From positions 3,021 through 67,020 of the forward strand of contig JAQSXK010000006.1 of the NCBI GenBank assembly GCA_029256705.1: DNA of 64,000 nt, given 5' to 3'. The position numbers and the translations under genes were made by a program. A model generated the notes under the pieces. It was not told where the DNA came from. It searched no databases and saw only the letters and a program-made list of their open reading frames with translations. Position 1 is the first letter of the stretch. The number at the start of each line of letters is the position of its first letter. Positions 1 through 12,502 of this stretch are shown here, piece after piece. The DNA is from Clostridia bacterium. GTDB taxonomy: Bacteria > Bacillota > Clostridia > TANB77 > CAG-465.

Positions 1-681
1 TATGACTTTTTTTTCAATTCTTGAAATATACGATTGAGATATTCCAAGTTTGTCTGCAACCTCCTTTTGAGTTAATTCATCTATCCCATTAAAACCATAT
101 CTCATCTGCATAATTACTTTTTCTCTTTCATTCAATTTTTTTATTGCGGTATTTAATACCTTCTTATTATCACTATCCTCAACGGATTTAAATATTACAT
201 CAATATCTGTACCTAAAATATCTGAAAGTGATAAATCATTACCTTCACTATCTATATTTATCGGCTCGTCAATAGATATTTCACTACGTATCTTATTATT
301 CTTTCTAAGAAACATTAATATTTCATTTTCAATGCATCTAGAAGCATATGTAGCAAGCTTTATATTTTTATCTAACTTATAACTATTTACTCCTTTCATA
401 AGTCCTATCGTTCCGATAGAAATTAAATCTTCTATATTTATTCCTGAATTTTCAAATTTCTTAGCTATATACACTACTAGCCTTAAATTTTTTTCCACCA
501 AAGTATTTTTTGCATCATTATCTTTATTCATTAATTTTTCAAGCAATACCGCCTCTTCTTCTGGTGTTAATATTGTAGGTAATTTATCACTACCAGATAT
601 ATAGAGAAGTGAATTTTCATCAATACCTATCATTTTTAAAAAATTGTAATAAATTTCTTTTATTTTTATCATACATTTCAT
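1..681 (-). CDS. sigE: Sporulation sigma factor pro-sigma-E (3' end runs off the window)
   Basis: Manual translation from ATG 681 (RBS GAGGGGG): MKCMIKIKEIYYNFLK...LYISGSDKLP...NLRLVVYIAKKFENSG...DLISIGTIGL...KLATYASRCIENEILMFLR...TQKEVADKLGISQSYISRIEKKVI. Lies directly downstream of spoIIGA. Not in the ORF track. Confidence 0.95.
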   Translation of the reverse strand, partial: MKCMIKIKEIYYNFLKMIGIDENSLLYISGSDKLPTILTPEEEAVLLEKLMNKDNDAKNTLVEKNLRLVVYIAKKFENSGINIEDLISIGTIGLMKGVNSYKLDKNIKLATYASRCIENEILMFLRKNNKIRSEISIDEPINIDSEGNDLSLSDILGTDIDVIFKSVEDSDNKKVLNTAIKKLNEREKVIMQMRYGFNGIDELTQKEVADKLGISQSYISRIEKKVI

Positions 682-1500
682 ATTATTGCCCCCTCTAGTT
701 TTTCCAAATATGTATTATAACTAATTATACCGATCATGTTCATCGTTATTAATTTTTTCATCTATAAATACAATTATTGCTTTCTTAAGTTTTGTTTTCT
801 CTATTCCCCCTTTTTTAATACTTATATCATCAAATATATAACCTTTTACTTTAGTTTTGCCCGTAGCTGTTATAACGTCTAGACTAACTAATTCTCCATT
901 ATTAGTACATATATATTTACCCTTAATTTTTGATTCATATATTTTACTGTTTAAAATTATTACATCCAAATTATTTAAATGATCATTAAGAGTATTTCCA
1001 GTATCTACAAAAACCTTAAATGTAATTTTATTTAAACTATTTATAACTATTTTATACGTTAAATTATTATATTTAATTTTATTTATCCAAATTTTCCACA
1101 TGTATTTATTTATTATATATGTGATAATCATACTTACTATGTATAATAAAATTCTCATACTTATTTTACTTAAATTTATATTTAAAAATATAGAAGTAGA
1201 TATAATTATTCCTATATACGTTATATAAATTGAATAATAGTATATTTGATATTTTAAATATTTTATTATTTTTTTAGGTAAAAACAATAAATATAGTACT
1301 ATATTTATTGTTAGCATTTGAATTAAGATGTTATTGCAAATGTTAAGTATATTTATGATTGATATAACAGATAAAAATATCGATAATATAATTAGCTTTA
1401 ATTTTTTAACTTTTACTTTCACAAAAATACTTGTCTGATATAGAACCGATATATTTACAATAAAATTTTCTATGAATACATAATCTAAATATACTTTCAA
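678..1500 (-). CDS. spoIIGA: SpoIIGA sigma-E processing aspartic protease; frame-0 ORF stops at 721, C-terminus continues in +1 frame to 678
   Basis: N-terminus MKVYLDYVFIENFIVN, multiple TM segments, catalytic DTGN, located between ftsZ and sigE. The +1 continuation GIISYNTYLEKLEGAII* ends in an ATGA overlap with sigE. Confidence 0.9.
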
Positions 1501-1654
1501 TAAAAATCACCTCATAAGCATTATATACCTATTTATAAAAGAAAATTGTTGAAAAAAATTAATATTAAAATAATTTGATCTACAATAAAACAAAAAAAAA
1601 ATCAAGAACACTTAATATTCTTGATTTTTATATAATTAATTATTATGATTTATA

Positions 1655-2749
1655 CTATTCGCCCTTATTTCTTCTTAAGAAAGGAGGAACATCCCAATCT
1701 ACTTTATATTCACTTGATGTAGTTGACATCTTAGTGTTATTATTTACAGCCGCTTTTATAGCGTCCCCAACAATGTTGTCTAATTTCATGTCTGTATTAA
1801 ATGTTTTTTCAAATCCTGTTGCAATTACTGTTATTACTATTTCGTCTGTCATTGTTTCATTAATCACAGCACCAAATATTATATTAGCTTCTGGATCTAC
1901 AGATTTTTGAACAAGTTCTGCTGCTTCATTTATTTCTAGTAATCCTAAATCTTTTCCACCAGTAACATTAATTAAAACTCCACCTGCACCCTCAATTGAC
2001 GTTTCAAGTAAAGGACTGTGTATTGCTTGTCTTGCAGCTTCTTGAGCTCTATGTTCTCCGCTTGCTCTACCTATTCCAATATGTGCAATACCTGCATCCT
2101 GCATTATAGTTTTTACATCAGAAAAATCTAAGTTTACAAGACCTGGAACTGTTATTAAATCTGATATACCTTGTACACCTTGTTTTAATACGTCATCAGC
2201 CATTTTAAATGCATCAGTTATAGAAGTGTTTTTTTCAACAACTTGTAATAGCTTTTCATTTGGTATCGTTATTAAGGTATCAACAGTTTCTTTTAACTCA
2301 CCTATACCACTGTCAGCTTGATTCATTCTTCTTTTTCCTTCAAAAGGAAAAGGTTTTGTTACAACTGCTACTGTTAATATACCCATTTGTTTAGAAACTT
2401 CTGCAACTATAGGAGCTGCACCAGTACCTGTTCCTCCACCCATTCCAGATGTAACAAATACCATATCTGCACCTTTTAAAGCTTCAGCTATTTCAGCTCT
2501 TGATTCTTCTGCACTACATTTTCCTATTTCTGGATTTGCACCTGCACCTAATCCTCTAGTTAACTTTTCACCTATTTGAATTTTCTTTGAAGCTTTAGAA
2601 AGTTCTAGAGCTTGTTTATCTGTATTTATCGAAATAAACTCTACACCTTTAACTCCAGTTTCAATCATACGATTTACACCGCTATTTCCAGCTCCACCTA
2701 CTCCAACTACTTTAATATTGGCCATTCCTGCTTGCATTTGTGATTCCAT
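1655..2749 (-). CDS. ftsZ: Cell division GTPase FtsZ
   Basis: [15 protein letters not shown] tubulin signature, C-terminal DVPPFLRR. Confidence 0.99.
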   Translation of the reverse strand: MESQMQAGMANIKVVGVGGAGNSGVNRMIETGVKGVEFISINTDKQALELSKASKKIQIGEKLTRGLGAGANPEIGKCSAEESRAEIAEALKGADMVFVTSGMGGGTGTGAAPIVAEVSKQMGILTVAVVTKPFPFEGKRRMNQADSGIGELKETVDTLITIPNEKLLQVVEKNTSITDAFKMADDVLKQGVQGISDLITVPGLVNLDFSDVKTIMQDAGIAHIGIGRASGEHRAQEAARQAIHSPLLETSIEGAGGVLINVTGGKDLGLLEINEAAELVQKSVDPEANIIFGAVINETMTDEIVITVIATGFEKTFNTDMKLDNIVGDAIKAAVNNNTKMSTTSSEYKVDWDVPPFLRRNKGE

Positions 2750-2772
2750 CTAAAATTCCTCCTTAATAACTA

Positions 2773-4065
2773 TTAATCATCATTTTCATCATCTGTATCT
2801 ATTTTCTTTGTTCTTTTAAATATATTTGTAAGTTTTTCTTTTGTTCCATTTAATATATCTAAAACTTTATCCTTAAATAAAGGTTCAGTTATTATTTCAA
2901 CTTCACTATTTACGTGTTTACTAAGACCTAAACTTGATATATATCTAACCATACCAAATACAGTGGTATGTTGTGGTTTTATGACATTTACTAATTTTGG
3001 TGAGCAAATTCTAACTTGGTTCAATTTTAATATTAACATTGCAAGTTCTTCCGCACCAATTATATTACTAATACCTTGTCCAGTTAAAACCATACATTCT
3101 ATCTTAGAATTTAATTTATTATCTGCTATTATTTTTTTTACTATTTGGTATATTTCTTTTACTCTTGCTTCTATAACTTGTACAATATCACTACATTTTA
3201 CAATATTTTGTCCATCGCTAGTTGAAACAGAATTTAGTTTAACTTCATGATTATTCTTAATCATTGCCTGTATTGCTAAATTATATTGTCTTTTTAATTT
3301 ATCTGCTTCTTCAGAAGATATATCAAAAGTTATAGCAATATCATTTGTTATATGATTACCACCTACTGGTAAAGTATCGTAGAATTGCAATTCAGAATCT
3401 TTATATACTGATATATCAGTATGTCCTGCACCAACATCTAGTAATAAAACTCCTAATTCTTTTTCTTCTGGCATCAATACAATATTAGATGTAGCCAATG
3501 TCTCTAGTATTACGCCATCTAACTTTATATCTGCAAGTTTAAGAGATTTTATCATTCCATCTAAATAATCCCCTTTTGCAATTACAACATCAGCTTTAAC
3601 TTCAAACTTTTTACAAAAAGCGCCTAAAGGTTCTTGCTTATATATTTTATCATTAACTTTATATTCACAAGGTAAAATATCTATAATTTGCTCATCTTTT
3701 TCTAATTTAGTTGCTGCCTGCATTTTATAGAATAAATTATTAATGTCTGTTACGCTTAATCCATCATCTGGTTTTTCAGTTTCAGATTCTATTAACATTC
3801 TTTGTATTCTTACATTCATTCCTTTTGCATTAACATATGCTGAATTAATAGACAGTCCAGATATTTCTTCCGCTGCATTAATAGCATCTTTTATTGATCT
3901 AGCTGCTTCTTGTGAGTCTATTATTTTTCCTTTTTTTACACTTGTATTATTTGACATTCCGTATCCAATTACTTCAATTTCGCTGAATTTGTTTACTTGA
4001 CCTACTAGTGAACAAGTTTTTGAAGCACCTATATCAAGTCCAACAATAATATCTCCAATAGCCAC
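2773..4065 (-). CDS. ftsA: Cell division protein FtsA
   Basis: GLDIGASK, LLDVGAGHT, GGNHITNDIA; immediately upstream of ftsZ. Confidence 0.97.
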   Translation of the reverse strand: MAIGDIIVGLDIGASKTCSLVGQVNKFSEIEVIGYGMSNNTSVKKGKIIDSQEAARSIKDAINAAEEISGLSINSAYVNAKGMNVRIQRMLIESETEKPDDGLSVTDINNLFYKMQAATKLEKDEQIIDILPCEYKVNDKIYKQEPLGAFCKKFEVKADVVIAKGDYLDGMIKSLKLADIKLDGVILETLATSNIVLMPEEKELGVLLLDVGAGHTDISVYKDSELQFYDTLPVGGNHITNDIAITFDISSEEADKLKRQYNLAIQAMIKNNHEVKLNSVSTSDGQNIVKCSDIVQVIEARVKEIYQIVKKIIADNKLNSKIECMVLTGQGISNIIGAEELAMLILKLNQVRICSPKLVNVIKPQHTTVFGMVRYISSLGLSKHVNSEVEIITEPLFKDKVLDILNGTKEKLTNIFKRTKKIDTDDENDD

Positions 4066-4176
4066 ATTTACACCTCCAGATTTTAACTATATATATGATA
4101 CTATTTTTTTTATTAAAAATCAAGTGTTTTTGTAAAAATTATGTAATATATATGTAATTTTAATGAAATAGATAGA

Positions 4177-4231
4177 AATTTAGGGTATTTTTATTAACCA
4201 AAAAAATTATTAATAAAAAATACCCTAAATT
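4177..4231 (-). terminator. Long inverted repeat, probable terminator after spoIVFB
   Basis: aatttagggtatttttattaa ... ttaataaaaaataccctaaatt, just downstream of the stop at 4246. Confidence 0.6.
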
Positions 4232-4245
4232 ATAATTATACTAAC

Positions 4246-4845
4246 CTATTCATTACTCTTATTTATCTTTAATACAAATACATATAAAGAAAATATAAGT
4301 AATGAAAAACTATAATATTCTTTTATTTGATATATAGAGATTATCACCAAAATAACTAGAAATATATTACATATATTATCTATGCTTTTATCAATTTTTT
4401 TACCTGGAAAGAAAATGTTTAATATATTTAAAATTATGTTATATCCATCAAGAGGAAATATAGGTAGTAAATTCAGTAATGCTAAAAATATATTTATTTC
4501 CCTTATCATTATATTGTTTTTAAATATATATGCTAATATCAAATTTGAAAATGGTCCTGATAAATAAATTATTATATTTTTAATATACACATATTTACTT
4601 TTTATATATTTATCTTTTTCAAAAGTTGCGCACACTCCAGAGATAGATAATTTAATTTTAATTAATTTTTTATTTAAAATATTTCCTACAAAAATATGCA
4701 TTAACTCATGAAACAATATAAATAAATAACACGCAAAGAAATAATATAAAAATTTAAATGCTGTATTTGATATAATCGAAGTAAAAATTAAAAATATGAA
4801 TATTATTTCTATTTCGACACGACAAAATTTTGTTTTAAGTATCAT
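4246..4845 (-). CDS. spoIVFB: SpoIVFB-like M50 intramembrane metalloprotease
   Basis: HELMH (HExxH), SGP, NLLPIFPLDG; follows an M23-domain gene. Confidence 0.8.
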   Translation of the reverse strand: MILKTKFCRVEIEIIFIFLIFTSIISNTAFKFLYYFFACYLFILFHELMHIFVGNILNKKLIKIKLSISGVCATFEKDKYIKSKYVYIKNIIIYLSGPFSNLILAYIFKNNIMIREINIFLALLNLLPIFPLDGYNIILNILNIFFPGKKIDKSIDNICNIFLVILVIISIYQIKEYYSFSLLIFSLYVFVLKINKSNE

Positions 4846-4848
4846 ATA

Positions 4849-5919
4849 CTAAAATTTTACTAATTCTTCAGGATTTACTGTTCTTCCATCTATTCTGATT
4901 TCAAAATGAAGATGTGGTCCGGTTGACATTCCTGTATTTCCCATAAATCCTATATTTTCATTTTGTTTTACAATATTGTTCAATTTTACACTTATACTAT
5001 CTAGATGTGCATATTTAAATACAACTCCATTTTCTGTTATTTCCAAAAAATTTCCATAATATTTGTTATTATATTCAATTTTTGTAACGATTCCTTCTGT
5101 TGCACTTGAAATTTTTGTTCCTTTTTTATTTGCAATATCTATACCTGTATGATAAGGATCTACTCCTGTAAATACTACTTCCCTTATACCATATCTTGAA
5201 GTAATAACTCCAACTACAGGAGATATTATACTTATATTTTTGGATTTAATAACATTAACGTCATTTTCCATAATACTTATTGAACTTGTTGCCTCTTCTT
5301 TCTTTTCATCTAATGGTTCAGCTCCCCCAATTCCATTTAAAATTTCTTCTTTTTCTTTAGCAGCTATATAATCACTATTTGAGGATATTGATTCTATATT
5401 TTTATTTTCAATTATAACTTCCTTTTTATTACTATCTAAATTTACTAAATCTTTTAATGCTAATTTCAAATCAAACTCTAATATATATGGTTTTAAAAAC
5501 GTGAAATATTTTTCTTTTAGATATTCTTTTATTTTATCAGGAAATATATTACCAATAGCTAAATCCATATTATAGAATCTATATTCAATTTTTTCTAATA
5601 TGTTTGCTCTTGAAAAATCCATATTGTAATGATTATATAATTTTACAACTGTATCATTTTTCTTTATATTATCTAATAAAAATATTTTAGTTACCAAAAC
5701 TGAAAACAAAATAACCGAACAAAAAAATAATTTGATTATCAATCTTGTCTTAAAATTAAATATTATATTATTTTCATTTTTGCTATTTGGTTTACTATAT
5801 CCTTTTTCTTTATATATTCTTTCTTTATTTCCTTTATATGATTCGATATTTAAATCAACATCCCCAACACTATTTAACAAACTTTTTCTTAACCTTCTCG
5901 CAGAAATAACGTTCTCCAT
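4849..5919 (-). CDS. spoIVFA: SpoIVFA-like membrane-anchored M23 peptidase domain protein
   Basis: One TM segment plus C-terminal HTGID and HLHFE. Likely start ATG 5919 after GGAGG. A sigE-like promoter (TCATA...AATATAT) lies upstream. Confidence 0.7.
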   Translation of the reverse strand: MENVISARRLRKSLLNSVGDVDLNIESYKGNKERIYKEKGYSKPNSKNENNIIFNFKTRLIIKLFFCSVILFSVLVTKIFLLDNIKKNDTVVKLYNHYNMDFSRANILEKIEYRFYNMDLAIGNIFPDKIKEYLKEKYFTFLKPYILEFDLKLALKDLVNLDSNKKEVIIENKNIESISSNSDYIAAKEKEEILNGIGGAEPLDEKKEEATSSISIMENDVNVIKSKNISIISPVVGVITSRYGIREVVFTGVDPYHTGIDIANKKGTKISSATEGIVTKIEYNNKYYGNFLEITENGVVFKYAHLDSISVKLNNIVKQNENIGFMGNTGMSTGPHLHFEIRIDGRTVNPEELVKF

Positions 5920-6036
5920 AATTTTCCTCCTATTTTGTATATCGCATTTATAATTACTTATTACAATATATATTATTTTCTTAAAATTATGAATAAAAAA
6001 ATATAACAACTTTAACTAGCTGTTATATTTTTAAAA

Positions 6037-7416
6037 TTAAACAATTTCAGCAGTTATATACCACAAATTGTTTTTTATTATTTTAACTCTTCTTATTTCA
6101 CCAATATCTTTATCTTCCGCCTTGAAAATTACTATTTTATTAGTATTTGTTCTACCAGTATAATAATCTTCATTAGTCTTACTTTTACCTTCTACTAAAA
6201 TATAATATTCTTTACCCAGCATATCTTCGTTAATTTCATATGTAATCTTTTCAAATAACTTTTTTAATCTTGTTATTCTAGAAACTTTTTCTTCATAAGG
6301 TGTTAAATCTTCCATAATAGCAGCTTTTGTTCCAGTCCTTTTAGAATAAATATACATAAATATTTGATCATATTTAACTTCATCAACAACATTAAAGGTT
6401 TCTAAAAAATCTTCCTCAGTTTCTCCAGGAAACCCAACAATTATGTCTGTTGAAAAAGTTACAATATCACATTTTTCTTTCATTTTATAAATTAATTTTA
6501 AATAATCATCTTTAGTATACTTTCTATTCATCAATTTTAATATTCTGTCACTTCCAGATTGTAACGGTAAATGTATTTGTTTAGATATTTTTATTGATTT
6601 TGATATAGTCTCAATTAAATCATTCGTAAAATCTTTTGGGTGTGGTGATACAAAACGTATTATTTCTATTCCATTAATTTTCTCAATCTCTTCAAGAAGT
6701 TTTGCAAATGTATCACCATTATTTAAATCCTTCCCATATGAATTAACATTTTGACCTAATAAAGTAATTTCTTTATATCCATCTTTTGCTAATTTTTTTA
6801 TATCATTTAATATATCTTCTTTTAATCTACTTCTTTCTCTTCCGCGTACATAAGGAACAATACAATATGTACAAAAGTTATTACATCCATATATAATAGT
6901 TACTGTCGCTTTATATTTATCTTCAAAAACTATAGGAACATCTTCTACTACTTGTCCGTCAGATTGAATATACTCATATTTTTTTTCCTTTTTCATTATT
7001 GTGTTATAGAGTTTTTCTGGAAAACTCTGAATTCCATTAGTACCAAAAACAATATCTGTATATGGGTAAGATTCTTTGATTTTTTTAATTATATGTTCTT
7101 GTTGTGCCATACAACCAGCTACAACTAAATATGTATTATTCTCTGTTTTTCTCTTATTTTTTAATGCTCCCAATCTACCAAACAATGTATTTTCGGCATT
7201 TTCTCTTACGGTACACGTATTAAATAATATAAGATTTGATTCTATCTCGCTTTTCCCCTTAATAAAACCCATAGATTCTAAAATACCCGCATATTTATTA
7301 GAATCATTTTCATTCATTGCACATCCCATAGTATCTATAAAATATGTTAGTCCATTATTTGTTACGTAATCTTTAAGTTTTTCTATATAATTATTTTTAA
7401 ATTTCAATAAATTCAC
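6037..7416 (-). CDS. miaB: tRNA methylthiotransferase MiaB
   Basis: TMGCAMN, NTCTVRENAE, radical SAM CNNFCTYC, C-terminal TRAM domain. Confidence 0.95.
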   Translation of the reverse strand: MNLLKFKNNYIEKLKDYVTNNGLTYFIDTMGCAMNENDSNKYAGILESMGFIKGKSEIESNLILFNTCTVRENAENTLFGRLGALKNKRKTENNTYLVVAGCMAQQEHIIKKIKESYPYTDIVFGTNGIQSFPEKLYNTIMKKEKKYEYIQSDGQVVEDVPIVFEDKYKATVTIIYGCNNFCTYCIVPYVRGRERSRLKEDILNDIKKLAKDGYKEITLLGQNVNSYGKDLNNGDTFAKLLEEIEKINGIEIIRFVSPHPKDFTNDLIETISKSIKISKQIHLPLQSGSDRILKLMNRKYTKDDYLKLIYKMKEKCDIVTFSTDIIVGFPGETEEDFLETFNVVDEVKYDQIFMYIYSKRTGTKAAIMEDLTPYEEKVSRITRLKKLFEKITYEINEDMLGKEYYILVEGKSKTNEDYYTGRTNTNKIVIFKAEDKDIGEIRRVKIIKNNLWYITAEIV

Positions 7417-7482
7417 CTACTTAAAAAAATATACCCTGCAATTTAATTCAGAGTATATCACATATATAATAGAATATTTTGA

Positions 7483-8040
7483 TTATGCTCTTTCCATGTA
7501 TTGGGAAGTTCTAGTATCTATTCTAATTACATTTCCTATTTCTATAAATATTGGAACATTAAATACTGCTCCTGTTTCTACAGTTGCTGGTTTAGTAGTA
7601 CCTGTTGATGTACTTCCTTTTATTCCAGGTTCTGTATATGTTACTTCAAGTTCAACAAATGTAGGAGGTTCAATACCAAATATATTGCCTTTGTATGATA
7701 ATACTTTAAAATTCATATTATCTTTTAAGAAAGGTAATGTATCTTCTATTTGTTCTTTAGAAAGTTCAACTTGCTCAAATGATGTTGTATCCATAAATGT
7801 ATATCTTTCACCATCATTATATAGATATTGCATTTCTTGTATTGTTATTTGAGCTTCTTCAACTTTTTCAGTTGGATTAAAAGTTTTTTCTAATGTATTA
7901 CCAGTTATAACATTTTTTAATCTTGTCCTTACAAAAGCTGCTCCTTTACCTGGTTTTACATGTTGAAAATCAACAACTCTATATACTGATGAATCCATCT
8001 CAAATGTTACACCATTTCTAAATTCTCCTGCTAAAATCAT
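7483..8040 (-). CDS. efp: Elongation factor P
   Basis: [21 protein letters not shown]. Confidence 0.98.
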   Translation of the reverse strand: MILAGEFRNGVTFEMDSSVYRVVDFQHVKPGKGAAFVRTRLKNVITGNTLEKTFNPTEKVEEAQITIQEMQYLYNDGERYTFMDTTSFEQVELSKEQIEDTLPFLKDNMNFKVLSYKGNIFGIEPPTFVELEVTYTEPGIKGSTSTGTTKPATVETGAVFNVPIFIEIGNVIRIDTRTSQYMERA

Positions 8041-8060
8041 AAAACTCCCCGCTTTCTATC

Positions 8061-8405
8061 TTATTTTATTTTTTCTACTAATGCTGTAAATGCATTCGCA
8101 TCGTTTACTGCCATTTCTGCAAGCATTTTTCTATTTATATTAATATTTGCTTTTTTTAGACCTGACATAAATTTGCTATAAGGCATTCCATTTAATCTTG
8201 CTGCTGCATTTATTCTTGCAATCCATAGTTGTCTAAAATTTCTCTTTTTTTGTTTTCTTCCAACATATGCATAATTTCCAGATTTCATAACAGCTTGAAT
8301 AGCCATTCTAAATCTTACAGATTTTGCTCCAAAATATCCTTTTGCTCTTTTTAAAACTTTTTTATGTCTTGCTCTTGTTGTAACTGCTCCTTTTACTCTT
8401 GCCAT
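8061..8405 (-). CDS. rplT: 50S ribosomal protein L20
   Basis: MARVKGA...[12 protein letters not shown]. Confidence 0.99.
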   Translation of the reverse strand: MARVKGAVTTRARHKKVLKRAKGYFGAKSVRFRMAIQAVMKSGNYAYVGRKQKKRNFRQLWIARINAAARLNGMPYSKFMSGLKKANININRKMLAEMAVNDANAFTALVEKIK

Positions 8406-8422
8406 TTTACTCTTCTCCCTTC

Positions 8423-8620
8423 TTAGCTATATGGTAATAATTTTTTAACTGCACTTTTATTTGCACTTTGTACATATGCAGATTGTTTTAATGATAATTT
8501 TCTCTTTGATGATTTACATGTTAGTTTATGTGCTCTGTTTGCTACTGTTTTTTTAATTTTACCAGACTTTGTTACTGATAATCTTTTTTTAGATGCACTA
8601 TGTGTTTTCATTTTAGGCAT
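8423..8620 (-). CDS. rpmI: 50S ribosomal protein L35
   Basis: MPKMKTH...KKR; infC-rpmI-rplT order. Confidence 0.98.
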   Translation of the reverse strand: MPKMKTHSASKKRLSVTKSGKIKKTVANRAHKLTCKSSKRKLSLKQSAYVQSANKSAVKKLLPYS

Positions 8621-8646
8621 AATATTTTCTCCCCTTCCAAATTCAA

Positions 8647-9153
8647 CTATTTTTGTTTTGGTGCTAAAAACATTACAAGGTTCTTACCTTCCATTTTAGC
8701 TTCTTTTTCAACTTGACCTTCTGAAATCATTTCTTTGAAACTATTCATAATTTCTCTACCTTGATTTATAAAATTAAGTTGTCTACCTCTAAATCTCATT
8801 GTAATTTTAACCTTATCTCCTGATGTAATAAATTTAACTGCCATTTTAGCTTTTACTTCTAAATCATGTTTGTCAATATTTGGTGATAATCTTACTTCTT
8901 TAGTTTCAACTATTTTTTGTTTCTTTTTTGCTTCTTTAGCTTTTTTATTCATCTCAAATTTATACTTACTATAATCTAGCATTTTACATACTGGATTTTC
9001 AGCATTTGGAGAAACCAAAACTAAATCTAAATTTTTAGAATAAGCCATTTCAATAGCTTCTCTAGTCGAAATTTTACCTATTTTCTCGCCATTATCATCA
9101 ATTACTTGAACTTGAGCTACTTTTATTTGCTCATTAATTAGAAAATCTTTTAT
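8647..9153 (-). CDS. infC: Translation initiation factor IF-3, non-AUG start (ATA 9153 or ATT 9159)
   Basis: INEQI...LDLVLVSPNA...KEVRLSPNIDKHD. RBS GGAGGTG is followed by ATT-AGT-ATA with no in-frame ATG nearby. Confidence 0.95.
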   Translation of the reverse strand: MKDFLINEQIKVAQVQVIDDNGEKIGKISTREAIEMAYSKNLDLVLVSPNAENPVCKMLDYSKYKFEMNKKAKEAKKKQKIVETKEVRLSPNIDKHDLEVKAKMAVKFITSGDKVKITMRFRGRQLNFINQGREIMNSFKEMISEGQVEKEAKMEGKNLVMFLAPKQK

Positions 9154-9175
9154 ACTAATACACCTCCACAAAAAT

Positions 9176-9302
9176 ATATAAAAAAGATTGCTCTAGTAAA
9201 AGGCAATCTTCTCAAAAACTATAAAAATTAATAATCTTATACTAATTTGTATGTTACCATTACGCAATAAATTGGCATGGTGAGAAGAAATCCTCTACTT
9301 GA
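9176..9302 (-). ncRNA. L20 ribosomal protein leader (autoregulatory attenuator)
   Basis: Sense strand AGUAGAGGAUUUCUUCUCACC ... UGAGAAGAUUGCC...GCAAUCUUUUU. UCUUCUCA pairs with UGAGAAGA, overlapping a terminator, upstream of infC. Confidence 0.8.
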
Positions 9303-9310
9303 TAAATAGA

Positions 9311-9339
9311 ATTATACACTATAAATTAGTATTTGTCAA
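9311..9339 (-). promoter_or_regulatory. SigA promoter of infC-rpmI-rplT
   Basis: TTGACA-17-TATAAT. Confidence 0.85.
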
Positions 9340-9435
9340 TAGTTTAATATTTTTTTCATGATTATTAATTGAAAATTAGATAATAAAAAGAGATTTACTA
9401 AAATTAAATAAATCTCCTTTTATATTTTTAATATA

Positions 9436-11394
<1,959 letters not shown>

Positions 11395-11411
11395 TTATAT
11401 CACAGACAATA

Positions 11412-12491
11412 CTAATTTTGCAAGTGTCCATTTAATATTTTATAAATTTTAATATTTTCTAAACTTTCTATAAAACCTTGTTCTGTAGTTGTAATTATAG
11501 ATTGATAATTTTCTATATATTTAAGTAAAAACCTTATTCTTTTACTATCTAGTTCAGACATTATATCATCTAATAATAATATAGGCGTCTCATTCTTTAT
11601 TTCTTTTAAAACCTCAAAATTTGATAATTTCAAAGTAAGTAAAGCTGTTCTATTTTGACCCTGTGATCCATACTTATTTACTTCAAATTTATTAATAAAA
11701 ATTTCTATATCATCTCTTTGTAATCCTTTAGTACTTGTTTTTCGAAATATATCTATATTTATATTGCTATTTAGTATTTCAATAATTTGCTCTTTTTTCA
11801 AATCAATAAATTCAGAAATATATTTTATATCTATTTCTTCTTTATTATCTGTTATACTTAAATGTATTCTTTTTGCATGAATCAATATATTATTTAATAT
11901 ATTCTTTCTAATTTCTGTTATTTTTTCTATATTATTACCCATTTTTTCATGTAATATATATATATATTCTTTTGCTTCTTTGGTTATAATTTTTTTAAGT
12001 AAATTGTTTTTTATTTTTAAATATTTATTATATTCTTGTAAATTCATCATATAAGATTTAGAAATTTGACAGCATATCATATCTATAAACTTTCTTCTAC
12101 TACTTGGCGAACCTTTTACAATATCTAAATCATCAGGTGAAAAAACAACTATTAAAATCTCACCAATTATTGAAGATATTTTTTTTATTTTAATATCATC
12201 ATATTTAATTATCTTATTACCTAACCTATCTATAAAAACTTCTACATTGTTTTCAATATTATTTTTATTATATTTTAAACTTACACGTGAATAATCTTTA
12301 TCAAAATTTACTAATTCAATATCTTTTATTGTTCTATATGATTTAGCGAATGCGGATAAATAAATAGCCTCTATAATATTAGTTTTTCCTTGAGCATTAT
12401 CACCTATAATTAAATTTATTCCATTTATAAATAGAATTTTTTGATTATCATAATTTCTAAAACCTTCTAAATTTATTTGATCAATAAACAT
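11412..12491 (-). CDS. recF: RecF
   Basis: FRNY, GDNAQGKTN, GSQGQ, LLLDDIMSELD. Confidence 0.97.
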   Translation of the reverse strand: MFIDQINLEGFRNYDNQKILFINGINLIIGDNAQGKTNIIEAIYLSAFAKSYRTIKDIELVNFDKDYSRVSLKYNKNNIENNVEVFIDRLGNKIIKYDDIKIKKISSIIGEILIVVFSPDDLDIVKGSPSSRRKFIDMICCQISKSYMMNLQEYNKYLKIKNNLLKKIITKEAKEYIYILHEKMGNNIEKITEIRKNILNNILIHAKRIHLSITDNKEEIDIKYISEFIDLKKEQIIEILNSNINIDIFRKTSTKGLQRDDIEIFINKFEVNKYGSQGQNRTALLTLKLSNFEVLKEIKNETPILLLDDIMSELDSKRIRFLLKYIENYQSIITTTEQGFIESLENIKIYKILNGHLQN

Positions 12492-12502
12492 AATTTTGCC
12501 TT

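Noticed and set aside
4177..4231. Long inverted repeat considered as a MITE
   Set aside because: Single copy, no target duplication seen, and positioned as a terminator right after a stop codon.
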